Shown here: positions 56,139 to 64,000 of the stretch, in pieces
Layout of the letters: each line of letters begins with the position of its first letter
How positions within the stretch are numbered: the first letter of the stretch is position 1
IMG/VR virus record: IMGVR_UViG_3300005512_005684
Coordinates: 167,003 to 231,002 of that record
DNA from: a virus
Taxonomy: Duplodnaviria; Heunggongvirae; Uroviricota; Caudoviricetes
Strand: one strand, 5' to 3'
DNA length: 64,000 nucleotides
The notes under the pieces: model-generated
What the model was told of the DNA's origin: nothing
The model's input: only the letters and a program-made list of their open reading frames with translations
The model's database searches: none
Position numbers and translations under genes: made by a program

Positions 56139-56888
56139 ATGCCAATAATGGGCGCAGACATGGAACAGAAAACTGCCGGGAATTTCCAGTTCTCCGCAGT
56201 GAGGCCGGAAAAGCTCGGAGCGACGGAGTACACGGTTGCGTGTTTGGTCGTGGACAAGACGGGAAGTGTCCAGGAGTTTCGCGACCTGATCGCCAAGATG
56301 ATCGGCGAGATCGTTATGTCGTTGCAGCAATCGCCGCGGGCGAACAACCTGCTCCTGCGCGTGATTCTCTTCGACACCGACATCGAGGAAGTTCACGGCT
56401 TCACGCTGCTTGGCGATCTCGACATCGACAAGTACGACAAGGTGTACCCGCAGCGGCCTTGGGGGCGGACTGCTCTGTATGAGGCTTGCTGCAACGCCAT
56501 CGAGTCCATCGTCGCGTACTCCGAGGAACTCTTCGAGAACGGCTTCGAGGTCAATGGGTACCTGGGTGTGATCACCGACGGCATGGACAACGAGTCCGAG
56601 CGGAAGGGGATCACTACGGTTTCCGTGAAGGAAGCGACGACCAAGGCCATGCAGAGCGAAATGCTCGAATCACTCATGTCGATCCTGGTCGGTGTCAACC
56701 TGACGGAGCCGATGGCCGCGGATTACCTCGACAAGTTCCAGAAAGAGGCTGAACTCACGCAGTTCACGGACGCGGGAAGCGCGGACGCAAAGACGTTCTC
56801 GAAGATCGCCGGATTCATTTCGTCTTCGGCGGTCTCCCAGAGCCAGTCCATCGGAAGTGGCGCGGCTTCGCAGCCGTTGTCCATCTAG
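56139..56888 (+). CDS. vWA domain protein (TerY-like)
   Basis: MIDAS-like VVDKTGSV, GRTALYEA, VITDGMDNES. Confidence 0.85.
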   Translation: MPIMGADMEQKTAGNFQFSAVRPEKLGATEYTVACLVVDKTGSVQEFRDLIAKMIGEIVMSLQQSPRANNLLLRVILFDTDIEEVHGFTLLGDLDIDKYDKVYPQRPWGRTALYEACCNAIESIVAYSEELFENGFEVNGYLGVITDGMDNESERKGITTVSVKEATTKAMQSEMLESLMSILVGVNLTEPMAADYLDKFQKEAELTQFTDAGSADAKTFSKIAGFISSSAVSQSQSIGSGAASQPLSI

Positions 56889-56908
56889 TTTCAGTTCTCC
56901 GTGTTCGG

Positions 56909-56953
56909 CGGTGCGGGGTTTGCTTCACACCTCACGTTGGCGGCCCCGCACCG
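56909..56953 (+). other. intergenic hairpin
   Basis: CGGTGCGGGG/CCCCGCACCG 10-bp stem. Confidence 0.5.
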
Positions 56954-56981
56954 TCGTCATTTATCGCAAAGGAATTTCCGT

Positions 56982-57887
56982 ATGAATGCCGACGCACATT
57001 TTGAGATCGGTAGCACTCACACGGTATGTGAGGACTACGGGGTGGCTATGAACTGGAATGATGGTGAGCGATTGAGGATGGGAGAGGTCGGGGAGGCGGA
57101 TGACAGTGAAGTGGTTATCGCAGACGGTTGCTCAGACGAGCGGTCGGAATGTACTGACTTCGGTTCTCGTTTGCTTTGTCGGTCGTACATCGATCATGGT
57201 CGAGACACACAACAGTTTGTCCAGCGGGCGTATGCGATAGCCATTCAGCTTGGTTTGACTGAGCGGTGTTTGGATGCCACGTTCCTTCACCTGGACGCGA
57301 AAGGGAAGGTGTTGGTGTTCGGAGACGGATACGTTGTCCAGTGGACTCAGTTGGTTCCCTTCAGCTTCCGGTACGTTGAGATCGATCACCACGACTCACC
57401 GTGCTATCTCAGCTACGCGTTGAATGAACGTCGGTGGAAGCGTTACTTAGAGGGAAGGAAAGACATCGGTTCGTTTCTTGTTCAAGATGCCAACTGGACA
57501 AGGGGAGAGGATGGTGTGGTAGTGTTCAAGATCGCAAGGAATCGGTTTGGTATTCAGATCGAAGGTCTTGGTGACAGTGTGTGGACTCCTACAACACCCT
57601 TCGAGTTCCAGACACCACATGAGCCTGGGTACTTTACCTTCGTCATGACGGACGGGATCGGGACGTTTACGCGTGTGACGGAGACGGGGCAGAAAGAGAT
57701 CATGGAACCCGAGTTAGCCATTGCCCGGTTCTTGGAGAACGCACACAAGTTCAAAGTGTTCCAGGGGCGGTTCGTCCAGCGTCTTATGAGGCGCTTTCTC
57801 AAAGGTATGAAGGACGATGGTTGGCAACATGAGGACGACCTGACTATCGGCGGTATCTACTACGGCAAGCGCGATACAGGAGAATAA
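56982..57887 (+). CDS. PP2C-family protein phosphatase
   Basis: GSTH..CEDY, IADGCS, LDAT, FGDG, MTDG, EDDLT. Confidence 0.85.
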   Translation: MNADAHFEIGSTHTVCEDYGVAMNWNDGERLRMGEVGEADDSEVVIADGCSDERSECTDFGSRLLCRSYIDHGRDTQQFVQRAYAIAIQLGLTERCLDATFLHLDAKGKVLVFGDGYVVQWTQLVPFSFRYVEIDHHDSPCYLSYALNERRWKRYLEGRKDIGSFLVQDANWTRGEDGVVVFKIARNRFGIQIEGLGDSVWTPTTPFEFQTPHEPGYFTFVMTDGIGTFTRVTETGQKEIMEPELAIARFLENAHKFKVFQGRFVQRLMRRFLKGMKDDGWQHEDDLTIGGIYYGKRDTGE

Positions 57888-57891
57888 CTCA

Positions 57892-59625
57892 ATGGCCAAT
57901 CCACCAACGGCAATTCCGCAAGCGCCTGATCGAATCACGGTCTTCGTGAGGGGGAAAGGGAAGAAAGGGGTCACGCTCACGGAGAAAGAGTATGTGGTGA
58001 GTGGTGGTGAAGGACATATCTGGACTAAGAATGGTGTAGCGTTCAAGGTATGTCACAAGAACCGGATGATACCGCTCGGCAAGCTGGACGAACTCAGAGT
58101 CTTGAACGCTCCCTTTCTGGTCGTGCCCAAAGATATCCTTGAAGACAAGCGCGGCAAGCCTATCGGGTACACGATGCCGTTCGTGGATCATACTCACGCA
58201 ATGGCGGAACTATTCCCGACTGCGTTCTGGAATGACAACGGGCTTACACCGCCAATTGTTGCGGATGTCGTTCGGGAGTTTCAGGCTGGAGTCCAGTACG
58301 TGCATGGGAAGGGGATCAAGCTCGTGGACATTAACGAGTGGAACTTCCTTGTGACAGAGAAAGACTTCAGTCCGATTCACTTCATTGACACGAACTCGTA
58401 TGCAACTCCGAACTTCCCGGCGCAGGCAATCTCTCCGACCGTGCGGGACTATCACACCCAAGGTTTCAGTGAAGAGACCGATTGGTACTCCTGGGCGGTG
58501 GTGACGTTCTTCCTCTGGATCGGAATCCATCCGTTTCGAGGCCGGCACCCGGACTGTGGTGGGGATATTGTCGAGCGCATGAAGAAATCCGCGTCGGTGT
58601 TGGATCCCGGTGTCAAGATACCGGGAAACTGCCGGGGCTTTGATACGATCCCCGAGGGACTACGGAGGTGGTATATGGACTTGTTCCAGCAAGGCAAGCG
58701 TGGTGCCCCTCCGACCGATTACGAAGCCGTCAAGGCCGTTGCGACAGTAATGAGGAAGGTGGCTAGTACGGCACAGTTCAGCATCGAGGACATTCAGGAG
58801 TATCCCGAGGCTATCGTGCGCTTCCTGAGTGAGTCTCGACTCCCCACGGTCGTGACCCGGAGCGGAATTCACGTCGGCCCCCGAGTGGCTCACGCGTTTG
58901 TGCCCAAGTCGGTGATCGGTGTCGGGAACAAGGGGACGCCGGTTTTGTGTTCGATTAAGAACGAAACCATTCGATTAACCGACTTGAACACAGGTAACGA
59001 GCTAACGACTTCGGGTCTCCGTGGTGAGCGTTTGATGTCGTACTACGGACGTGTCTTCGTCAAGTGCGGAACGATGGTCAATGAACTTTCGCTTCGTGAA
59101 ATGGGAAGCACGTTCGTGGCCACGGCTCGACAGGTTGGTTCGGTCATGGAGAAATCGACTCGCATGTGCGACGGCGTGATCGTGACGAATATCCTGGGGG
59201 TGTGCTACGCATTGCTTCCGGGTGAGAGTCAAGGGTGTTACCAGGTGCGGCTCGACGAGATTGAGCCGGGTACGAAGATTCTCGATGCGAAGTACGACCG
59301 TGGTGTGCTCATGGTGATCGTCTCAAAGGGTGGTGTGTACTCGAAGCTGATCTACCGGTTCAATACAGCGTTCACGGATCGGTCGCTTCGGGTCGAGGAA
59401 GACGTGTCCGCCGACGCGCCGGTCTTCACCGTCCTGGAAAAAGGTGTGTGCGCGCACGTGCCCGAGGACGGCAAGGTCGAGTTGTTCGCGGTCGATCCGA
59501 AGTCCGGGACGATCAACGTGATCGAAGACCCGGTGATCAGTCTCGATATGAGGCTATTCAATGATGGAACGTCGGTGGTGTTCTCGACAGGGAACAAGTT
59601 GATGCGACTCCGAATGAAGTCGTGA
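57892..59625 (+). CDS. Ser/Thr protein kinase-like protein with C-terminal beta-rich domain
   Basis: SGGEGHIW, AFKV, LVDINEWNFLV, FIDTNSY, TDWYSWAV..GIHPFRG. Confidence 0.85.
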   Translation: MANPPTAIPQAPDRITVFVRGKGKKGVTLTEKEYVVSGGEGHIWTKNGVAFKVCHKNRMIPLGKLDELRVLNAPFLVVPKDILEDKRGKPIGYTMPFVDHTHAMAELFPTAFWNDNGLTPPIVADVVREFQAGVQYVHGKGIKLVDINEWNFLVTEKDFSPIHFIDTNSYATPNFPAQAISPTVRDYHTQGFSEETDWYSWAVVTFFLWIGIHPFRGRHPDCGGDIVERMKKSASVLDPGVKIPGNCRGFDTIPEGLRRWYMDLFQQGKRGAPPTDYEAVKAVATVMRKVASTAQFSIEDIQEYPEAIVRFLSESRLPTVVTRSGIHVGPRVAHAFVPKSVIGVGNKGTPVLCSIKNETIRLTDLNTGNELTTSGLRGERLMSYYGRVFVKCGTMVNELSLREMGSTFVATARQVGSVMEKSTRMCDGVIVTNILGVCYALLPGESQGCYQVRLDEIEPGTKILDAKYDRGVLMVIVSKGGVYSKLIYRFNTAFTDRSLRVEEDVSADAPVFTVLEKGVCAHVPEDGKVELFAVDPKSGTINVIEDPVISLDMRLFNDGTSVVFSTGNKLMRLRMKS

Positions 59626-59645
59626 CCTTTTACATGGAGGTCGAA

Positions 59646-59801
59646 ATGCACTACAACGAATGGAACCGTAGTAGACAGGAACAGGAAAGTCGAGGCCGGA
59701 AGGCTTTGGACGAACATGCCCAAAGCTGCTCGAAGTGTCGGAACTCCAAAACTAAGTTTTGTGAGGAGTGGAGGAAGCTCAAACGTCAGACGGTGTTTTA
59801 G
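59646..59801 (+). CDS. small Cys/His protein
   Basis: GGAGG RBS; H..SCSKC..FC. Confidence 0.45.
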   Translation: MHYNEWNRSRQEQESRGRKALDEHAQSCSKCRNSKTKFCEEWRKLKRQTVF

Positions 59802-59851
59802 ACTACCGTCTGTTCTGACGTGGCTAGAACTTTTACTTGGAGGATTAAACG

Positions 59852-60148
59852 ATGTCATGGATTTTCTATGCGGTCAATGCGTTCTGTTTTGGTACGTTGT
59901 TCTCGGCGTTTGGAGATTCTGCCCCGACTATTAAGAACAGTATCGGCGTTGCTTTTGTCGTCTCGTTGACTCTGACGGCAATTCCGTTGTTTGGGGCGAG
60001 CTATTGGATTGGGTGCGCCGTTCTGGTGTTTACTTTCTTCGCCTTCATGGGGACACAGGCAACACTGCGTATCAACATCCTAATGGTGTTGACTCTGATT
60101 TACGATGCCGTTGCGTTGTTCCCTCTTCAAGAACTCTTTTGGAAGTGA
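59852..60148 (+). CDS. membrane protein (multi-TM)
   Basis: Hydrophobic throughout; GGAGG RBS. Confidence 0.6.
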   Translation: MSWIFYAVNAFCFGTLFSAFGDSAPTIKNSIGVAFVVSLTLTAIPLFGASYWIGCAVLVFTFFAFMGTQATLRINILMVLTLIYDAVALFPLQELFWK

Positions 60149-60155
60149 TACCCCG

Positions 60156-60308
60156 ATGCACAACGTGACCTGGACATGTCCAAAGTGTGGTCGTGAGACC
60201 GTCTTTCGTCGTTTCTACACGAAGAGATCGGCGGAGCGTTGGGAGCAAACCGTTCGTGACCAAGTGTGTGAGTGGTACTATGGAGAACCATGCAATGGAG
60301 ACAGATGA
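60156..60308 (+). CDS. small Zn-ribbon protein
   Basis: WTCPKCG. Confidence 0.45.
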   Translation: MHNVTWTCPKCGRETVFRRFYTKRSAERWEQTVRDQVCEWYYGEPCNGDR

Positions 60309-60477
60309 AAAACCCCGTCGTGTTAGAGCCAGGATACGACGTACGGTAACGGAAGTTGCCATAGTCTTGCTAGACAAGGAAGGCAATGTAGAGGAACTTG
60401 GGGAAGTTCTTGAAGAACTTCAGATGGATGATGTTTTCGTTGAAGACATTCAAGCGGTACATTCAGTGCATTCATAA
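60295..60477 (+). CDS. small hypothetical protein
   Basis: Packed ORF. Confidence 0.45.
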   Translation: METDEKPRRVRARIRRTVTEVAIVLLDKEGNVEELGEVLEELQMDDVFVEDIQAVHSVHS

Positions 60478-60490
60478 CAGGGAGAAAGCA

Positions 60491-60889
60491 ATGTCTGATC
60501 CAGCCAAAGAACGAGAGGTAGTCCGTGGAATACATGAAGGTGAGTTGGGTATGCACCTTCACACGAACCTGCGAAAGTTCTGCGACTCCAGACCGACTAG
60601 CCTGGCGTACAACTTGGTTCACTTAGACTCGTGCAACGAAGCGTGGTACGGGTACCTGGATGCCGTGTGGGCGAAGCTCAAAGAGAGTGACAAGCCAGCG
60701 TGTGAAATCCTCAAGGAATGTGCTCATGACGAGGATGGGTCTCTCCAGTGGGGAGACAGTGCTCGGAACGCTTTGCGGATCGCTTTCGATTGCTTTGACG
60801 ATGGAGATTGGGTTGGCATGGCCGCGTACATTGATCCGAAAGACTGCGAGGTCGATGAACCTTTTCCAGCGGAAGACACGGAGGAGTAA
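60491..60889 (+). CDS. hypothetical protein
   Basis: GGGAG RBS. Confidence 0.6.
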   Translation: MSDPAKEREVVRGIHEGELGMHLHTNLRKFCDSRPTSLAYNLVHLDSCNEAWYGYLDAVWAKLKESDKPACEILKECAHDEDGSLQWGDSARNALRIAFDCFDDGDWVGMAAYIDPKDCEVDEPFPAEDTEE

Positions 60890-60893
60890 GACG

Positions 60894-62045
60894 ATGGATA
60901 GACTGATCGGTGACGAGTTACTCCTGGATAACGATCTCTACAAGTTCTCCATGATGAATGCGGTCTTGTGCCACTACGAAGGGACGCCGGTTCGGTACAA
61001 GTTGTTCAATCGAGGTGACACACTATTCAGTGCCTCTACGGCTTCCATGCTGCGCGAGCATGTGGACGCGATGGGTGGATACAGTCTCTCCGAGGGTGCC
61101 TTGGACTGGCTGCGTGCGACGTGTCCATACTTCACCGACGAGTTATTCCAGTACTTGTCAACGTATACACTCGACCCTTCAGAGGTCCGACTGACGTACG
61201 ACGACAACCTGGGGATCGAGGTCGAAGGTGCGTGGGAGAGTGCGATCATGTGGGAGGTGCCTTTGATGGCGGTGCTCAGTGAGCTTCACTTCCGGGATAC
61301 GCAAGTGGACTACTCGGAGTTTCGAGCCAATACAGTGTTGAAGAGAGAGTTGCTTCAGCGTCATGGTTGTATGCACGCGGATTTCTCGACGCGTCGTCGG
61401 TTCGCTCGGAGGTCGCAGGACGAGGCCGTGGACGCGCTCCGACACTCTGAGTGCTTCCTGGGTACGAGCAACGTGAGGCTGGCACGTAGCCGTAACTTGA
61501 ATCCTATTGGCACGATGGCACATGAATGGGTAATGGGTCTCTCGGCGATCCTGGGTCTCCGTCATGTGAATACGAAAGCTCTTGAAGCGTGGCAAGACGT
61601 GTTCGGGAGTTCATTGGGAATCGCGTTGACGGATACGTATACGACGGACGCATTTCTGCGAGAGTTCAACAAGGAACTGGCGGAATCGCGTGATGGTGTG
61701 CGACAGGACAGTGGTGATCCACATGCGTATCTCGCAAAGCTCGTCGCTCACTATCAAAGTCTCGGGATCGATCCGAATACGAAGACGATCATCTTCAGTG
61801 ACGGGTTGTCCGTGAGTAAAGCGGTGGCGATCAAGCTGGCGTGCGACTCGGCGGGTATCAAGTGTGGTTTCGGAATAGGAACTCATTTCTCAAATGACTT
61901 CGAGGACGTGACGCCGTTGAACATCGTGATCAAACTTGTCATGTGCGATGGTAAACCGGTCGCCAAGCTCAGCGACGATCCAGGGAAGGTTACAGGGGAT
62001 AACGCTCAAGCAATCCAGGACGCTCAAGATAGCATCCGTGTTTGA
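60894..62045 (+). CDS. pncB: nicotinate phosphoribosyltransferase
   Basis: DNDLYKFSM, WEVPLMA, DFSTRRR, GTSNV, GTMAHEW, LTDTY, VRQDSGDP, IFSDGL, FGIGT, LNIVIKL, KLSDDPGK. Confidence 0.93.
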   Translation: MDRLIGDELLLDNDLYKFSMMNAVLCHYEGTPVRYKLFNRGDTLFSASTASMLREHVDAMGGYSLSEGALDWLRATCPYFTDELFQYLSTYTLDPSEVRLTYDDNLGIEVEGAWESAIMWEVPLMAVLSELHFRDTQVDYSEFRANTVLKRELLQRHGCMHADFSTRRRFARRSQDEAVDALRHSECFLGTSNVRLARSRNLNPIGTMAHEWVMGLSAILGLRHVNTKALEAWQDVFGSSLGIALTDTYTTDAFLREFNKELAESRDGVRQDSGDPHAYLAKLVAHYQSLGIDPNTKTIIFSDGLSVSKAVAIKLACDSAGIKCGFGIGTHFSNDFEDVTPLNIVIKLVMCDGKPVAKLSDDPGKVTGDNAQAIQDAQDSIRV

Positions 62046-62058
62046 AAGGGGAACTACA

Positions 62059-63039
62059 ATGAAGCGACTACGATTCAAGTTCGGTATTGAATATGCGATT
62101 CGTGAGTTGACGAGCCAGGCGATCAACTTGGTAACGGAGGCCGGGAAGAAAGGGGTAGCACTAGGAGTCAGTGGTGGTGTGGATTCCGCAACGGCGTTGA
62201 GCGTATGGCATGAAGCGTTTGCTCGGTACAATGCTCATGAGTCGGAGGAAGACTGTCTTCGGGTGATCTGCTTACTGATCCCTTCGGATGCAAATGATCC
62301 ATCGGACTATGAAGATGGTGTCAGGGTCGTTGAGGGTGTTAGAGAGAAAGGTGGTGTGGTGGTTGAGCAACACGTGATTGATGTGGAACCGTTTGTTGCA
62401 CCGTTTCGCACGAAGGCTTTCAGCAAGTTGATGCCTGACAAGTTGCAGAAAACGTTTTGGGAGAACCTCTACTCCGAAATGCGAGCGGTGATTCTCAGTC
62501 GGGTGGCTGAGGCCCATAATTGCCTCTTGGCCGGGACAGGAAACTATGACGAGGATTACGTCCTCGGATATTACACGAAGCGTGGTGACGGTGCGGTTGA
62601 TAACAACCTCCTGGCCATGCTTCCGAAATCTCTTGTGCGAGTGTTGGCGGCGAACCTGGGTGTTGATTCTGAGATTGTGAACCGGGAGCCGACGGCGGGT
62701 CTCAGTGAAGGGCAGACCGACCGTGGTGACCTGGGGTACGATTACGAGGTGGCAAATGAAGTGTGGCTCGAAGCGTTGACTCACTCGGCGTACATGAGAA
62801 AGCATGACAGGGAGGGAGTGGCTCACAGCATCTTCGGTGCGCTCAAAGGCCATGTTGCGTCTGAGAGTGTCCTGGACGTTCTCCGGCGCAATGAGACCAC
62901 GGAGCACAAGCGCAAGCCGCCAACAATCGGTATGGTCTCCCTGGAACTGGAGGAAAATGGGAAGTTCTCTACCTGGAGTGGGGCCGGTGAAGACGGTATC
63001 TTCCGTTGTCCGGCAATTGGCTTTGAGGAAGAGGTCTGA
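62059..63039 (+). CDS. nadE: NH3-dependent NAD+ synthetase
   Basis: LGVSGGVDS, RAVIL, GTGNYDE..GYYTKRGDG, PTAGLSEGQTD..DLG, EHKR; no glutaminase domain. Confidence 0.9.
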   Translation: MKRLRFKFGIEYAIRELTSQAINLVTEAGKKGVALGVSGGVDSATALSVWHEAFARYNAHESEEDCLRVICLLIPSDANDPSDYEDGVRVVEGVREKGGVVVEQHVIDVEPFVAPFRTKAFSKLMPDKLQKTFWENLYSEMRAVILSRVAEAHNCLLAGTGNYDEDYVLGYYTKRGDGAVDNNLLAMLPKSLVRVLAANLGVDSEIVNREPTAGLSEGQTDRGDLGYDYEVANEVWLEALTHSAYMRKHDREGVAHSIFGALKGHVASESVLDVLRRNETTEHKRKPPTIGMVSLELEENGKFSTWSGAGEDGIFRCPAIGFEEEV

Positions 63040-63114
63040 ATTACTCACAGTTAATTTTCTTTTTCTCCGTGCAAATAGACAGAGGTATTTCTGACTGGAC
63101 TTGGAGAAAAAGAG

Positions 63115-63678
63115 ATGACTGAGACGTTACATTCCTGCGAGCTTGTCTTTGATCCGCAGACCAGAACCTTTGAGGAAGTGTCCACAAGGGAAATGAGGAT
63201 TGCCTCGAAGATGTTGAATTTCGGGGAAGGTCAAGGGTCAGAGGTAGTGCCGCAGTTCAAGCGTCAGATGGAACCGGGAGGCATGATCATTATGTCCACC
63301 GATGTCAATGCAATGGCCGGTGGTGGTCTTACGGGGAAACTCAAGGCTCTTGTGAAGACGACGCTTAACAGACTCTTTCGCAGCGACAAGGCCAAGAAAG
63401 TGATCAAGGATTTCTTCAAGTCTTGGGGAATGAGTGCCGGAATGAGTATTGGTAGGAGTTTCAACGGCGTGTTCTATGATGCTGACGAAGACGTGACCTA
63501 TGACGAGAACAGCTTCACCGTGGACTTGAAGGGTGTACCCTTCCCGTTGGTCTCGGCTATTGGTGCTTCGTTGGCGAAGGCGTTTGATCAAAAGTCGGTC
63601 TTGGTAGAGGATAATCGTTCGGGTACGGTCTTTGAGATCGGCCCGGCAGTTAGACCGCGACGGGTCGCGGTAGCTTAG
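63115..63678 (+). CDS. hypothetical protein
   Basis: 187-aa ORF with GGAG RBS. Confidence 0.65.
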   Translation: MTETLHSCELVFDPQTRTFEEVSTREMRIASKMLNFGEGQGSEVVPQFKRQMEPGGMIIMSTDVNAMAGGGLTGKLKALVKTTLNRLFRSDKAKKVIKDFFKSWGMSAGMSIGRSFNGVFYDADEDVTYDENSFTVDLKGVPFPLVSAIGASLAKAFDQKSVLVEDNRSGTVFEIGPAVRPRRVAVA

Positions 63679-63698
63679 TATGAAGTTGGTGGGACAAA

Positions 63699-64000
63699 AT
63701 GGACAGGAAGCAACAAGAGAGAATCCTGGAGTTGATCCAGAGTGACGAATGGCCAAAGGCTGTTCCTGATCACTTGCTCGTGGACGAACGTTCGGAGCGA
63801 GCCAAACGTGAGCGTGCACGCGCGACGATTGACCTTGCGGGTCTGAATGTCACTGAGCAAAAGGTTCTGGACTTCGGGTGTGGTCAAGGTCATGTTACGT
63901 TGGAAGCGGCGGGGACTGCGGCACTCAGTGTTGGCTTCGACATCGAAGGGCAGTGGGACGACAGCGGGAATGGATACGTGTTGACAACAGATTTCAGTGA
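63699..64000 (+). CDS. class I SAM-dependent methyltransferase (3'-partial)
   Basis: MDRKQQERILE..KVLDFGCGQG..VGFDI; runs off the window end. Confidence 0.7.
   Translation, partial: MDRKQQERILELIQSDEWPKAVPDHLLVDERSERAKRERARATIDLAGLNVTEQKVLDFGCGQGHVTLEAAGTAALSVGFDIEGQWDDSGNGYVLTTDFS

Noticed and set aside
60894-62045. Calling the PRTase a nicotinamide PRTase (Nampt/NadV, NARP2)
   Set aside because: Motifs AHEW, LTDTY and RQDSG are PncB-type rather than the Nampt AEHS, SDSYD and RPDSG; co-occurrence with PncA and NadE fits the nicotinate route
1-64000. tRNA/rRNA genes and stop-codon reassignment
   Set aside because: No cloverleaf with a T-loop found in the intergenic gaps; recognisable genes are full-length in code 11 and use TAA, TAG and TGA as stops

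Overview
All credible genes in this 64 kb window lie on the + strand, densely packed and often overlapping at stop/start codons. Most are short hypothetical ORFs. There are no rRNA, tRNA, CRISPR or virion structural genes. The content (NAD-dependent ligase, SNF2 helicase, DUF932, free-standing HNH, an intein, CCA-adding enzyme, DHH phosphoesterase, many tiny Zn-finger ORFs) is most consistent with the non-structural arm of a large (jumbo) bacteriophage using genetic code 11. Several proteins resemble Planctomycetota/PVC families, which hints at the host; this is inference from recalled family patterns. Main highlights: (1) an NAD+ module at 55.2-63.0 kb with nicotinamidase (PncA), a vWA/PP2C/Ser-Thr kinase (TerY-P-like) triad, nicotinate phosphoribosyltransferase (PncB) and NH3-dependent NAD synthetase (NadE), i.e. 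a deamidated salvage route distinct from the described phage NARP1/NARP2 pathways; (2) a chromatin-like module at 39.3-44.8 kb with a basic nucleoid-associated protein, a protein with a ~240-residue Asp/Glu tract and a PARP1-like enzyme (WGR, regulatory domain, H-Y-E triad); (3) a Tpt1/KptA-like ART domain fused to a CCA-adding/HD enzyme and flanked by two structured-RNA candidates; (4) a four-copy ~44-bp non-sigma70 promoter-like motif heading the presumed early region; (5) a 40-aa ORF resembling the PilC/GspF N-terminus. All family assignments come from motif recognition by eye; no database searches were run.
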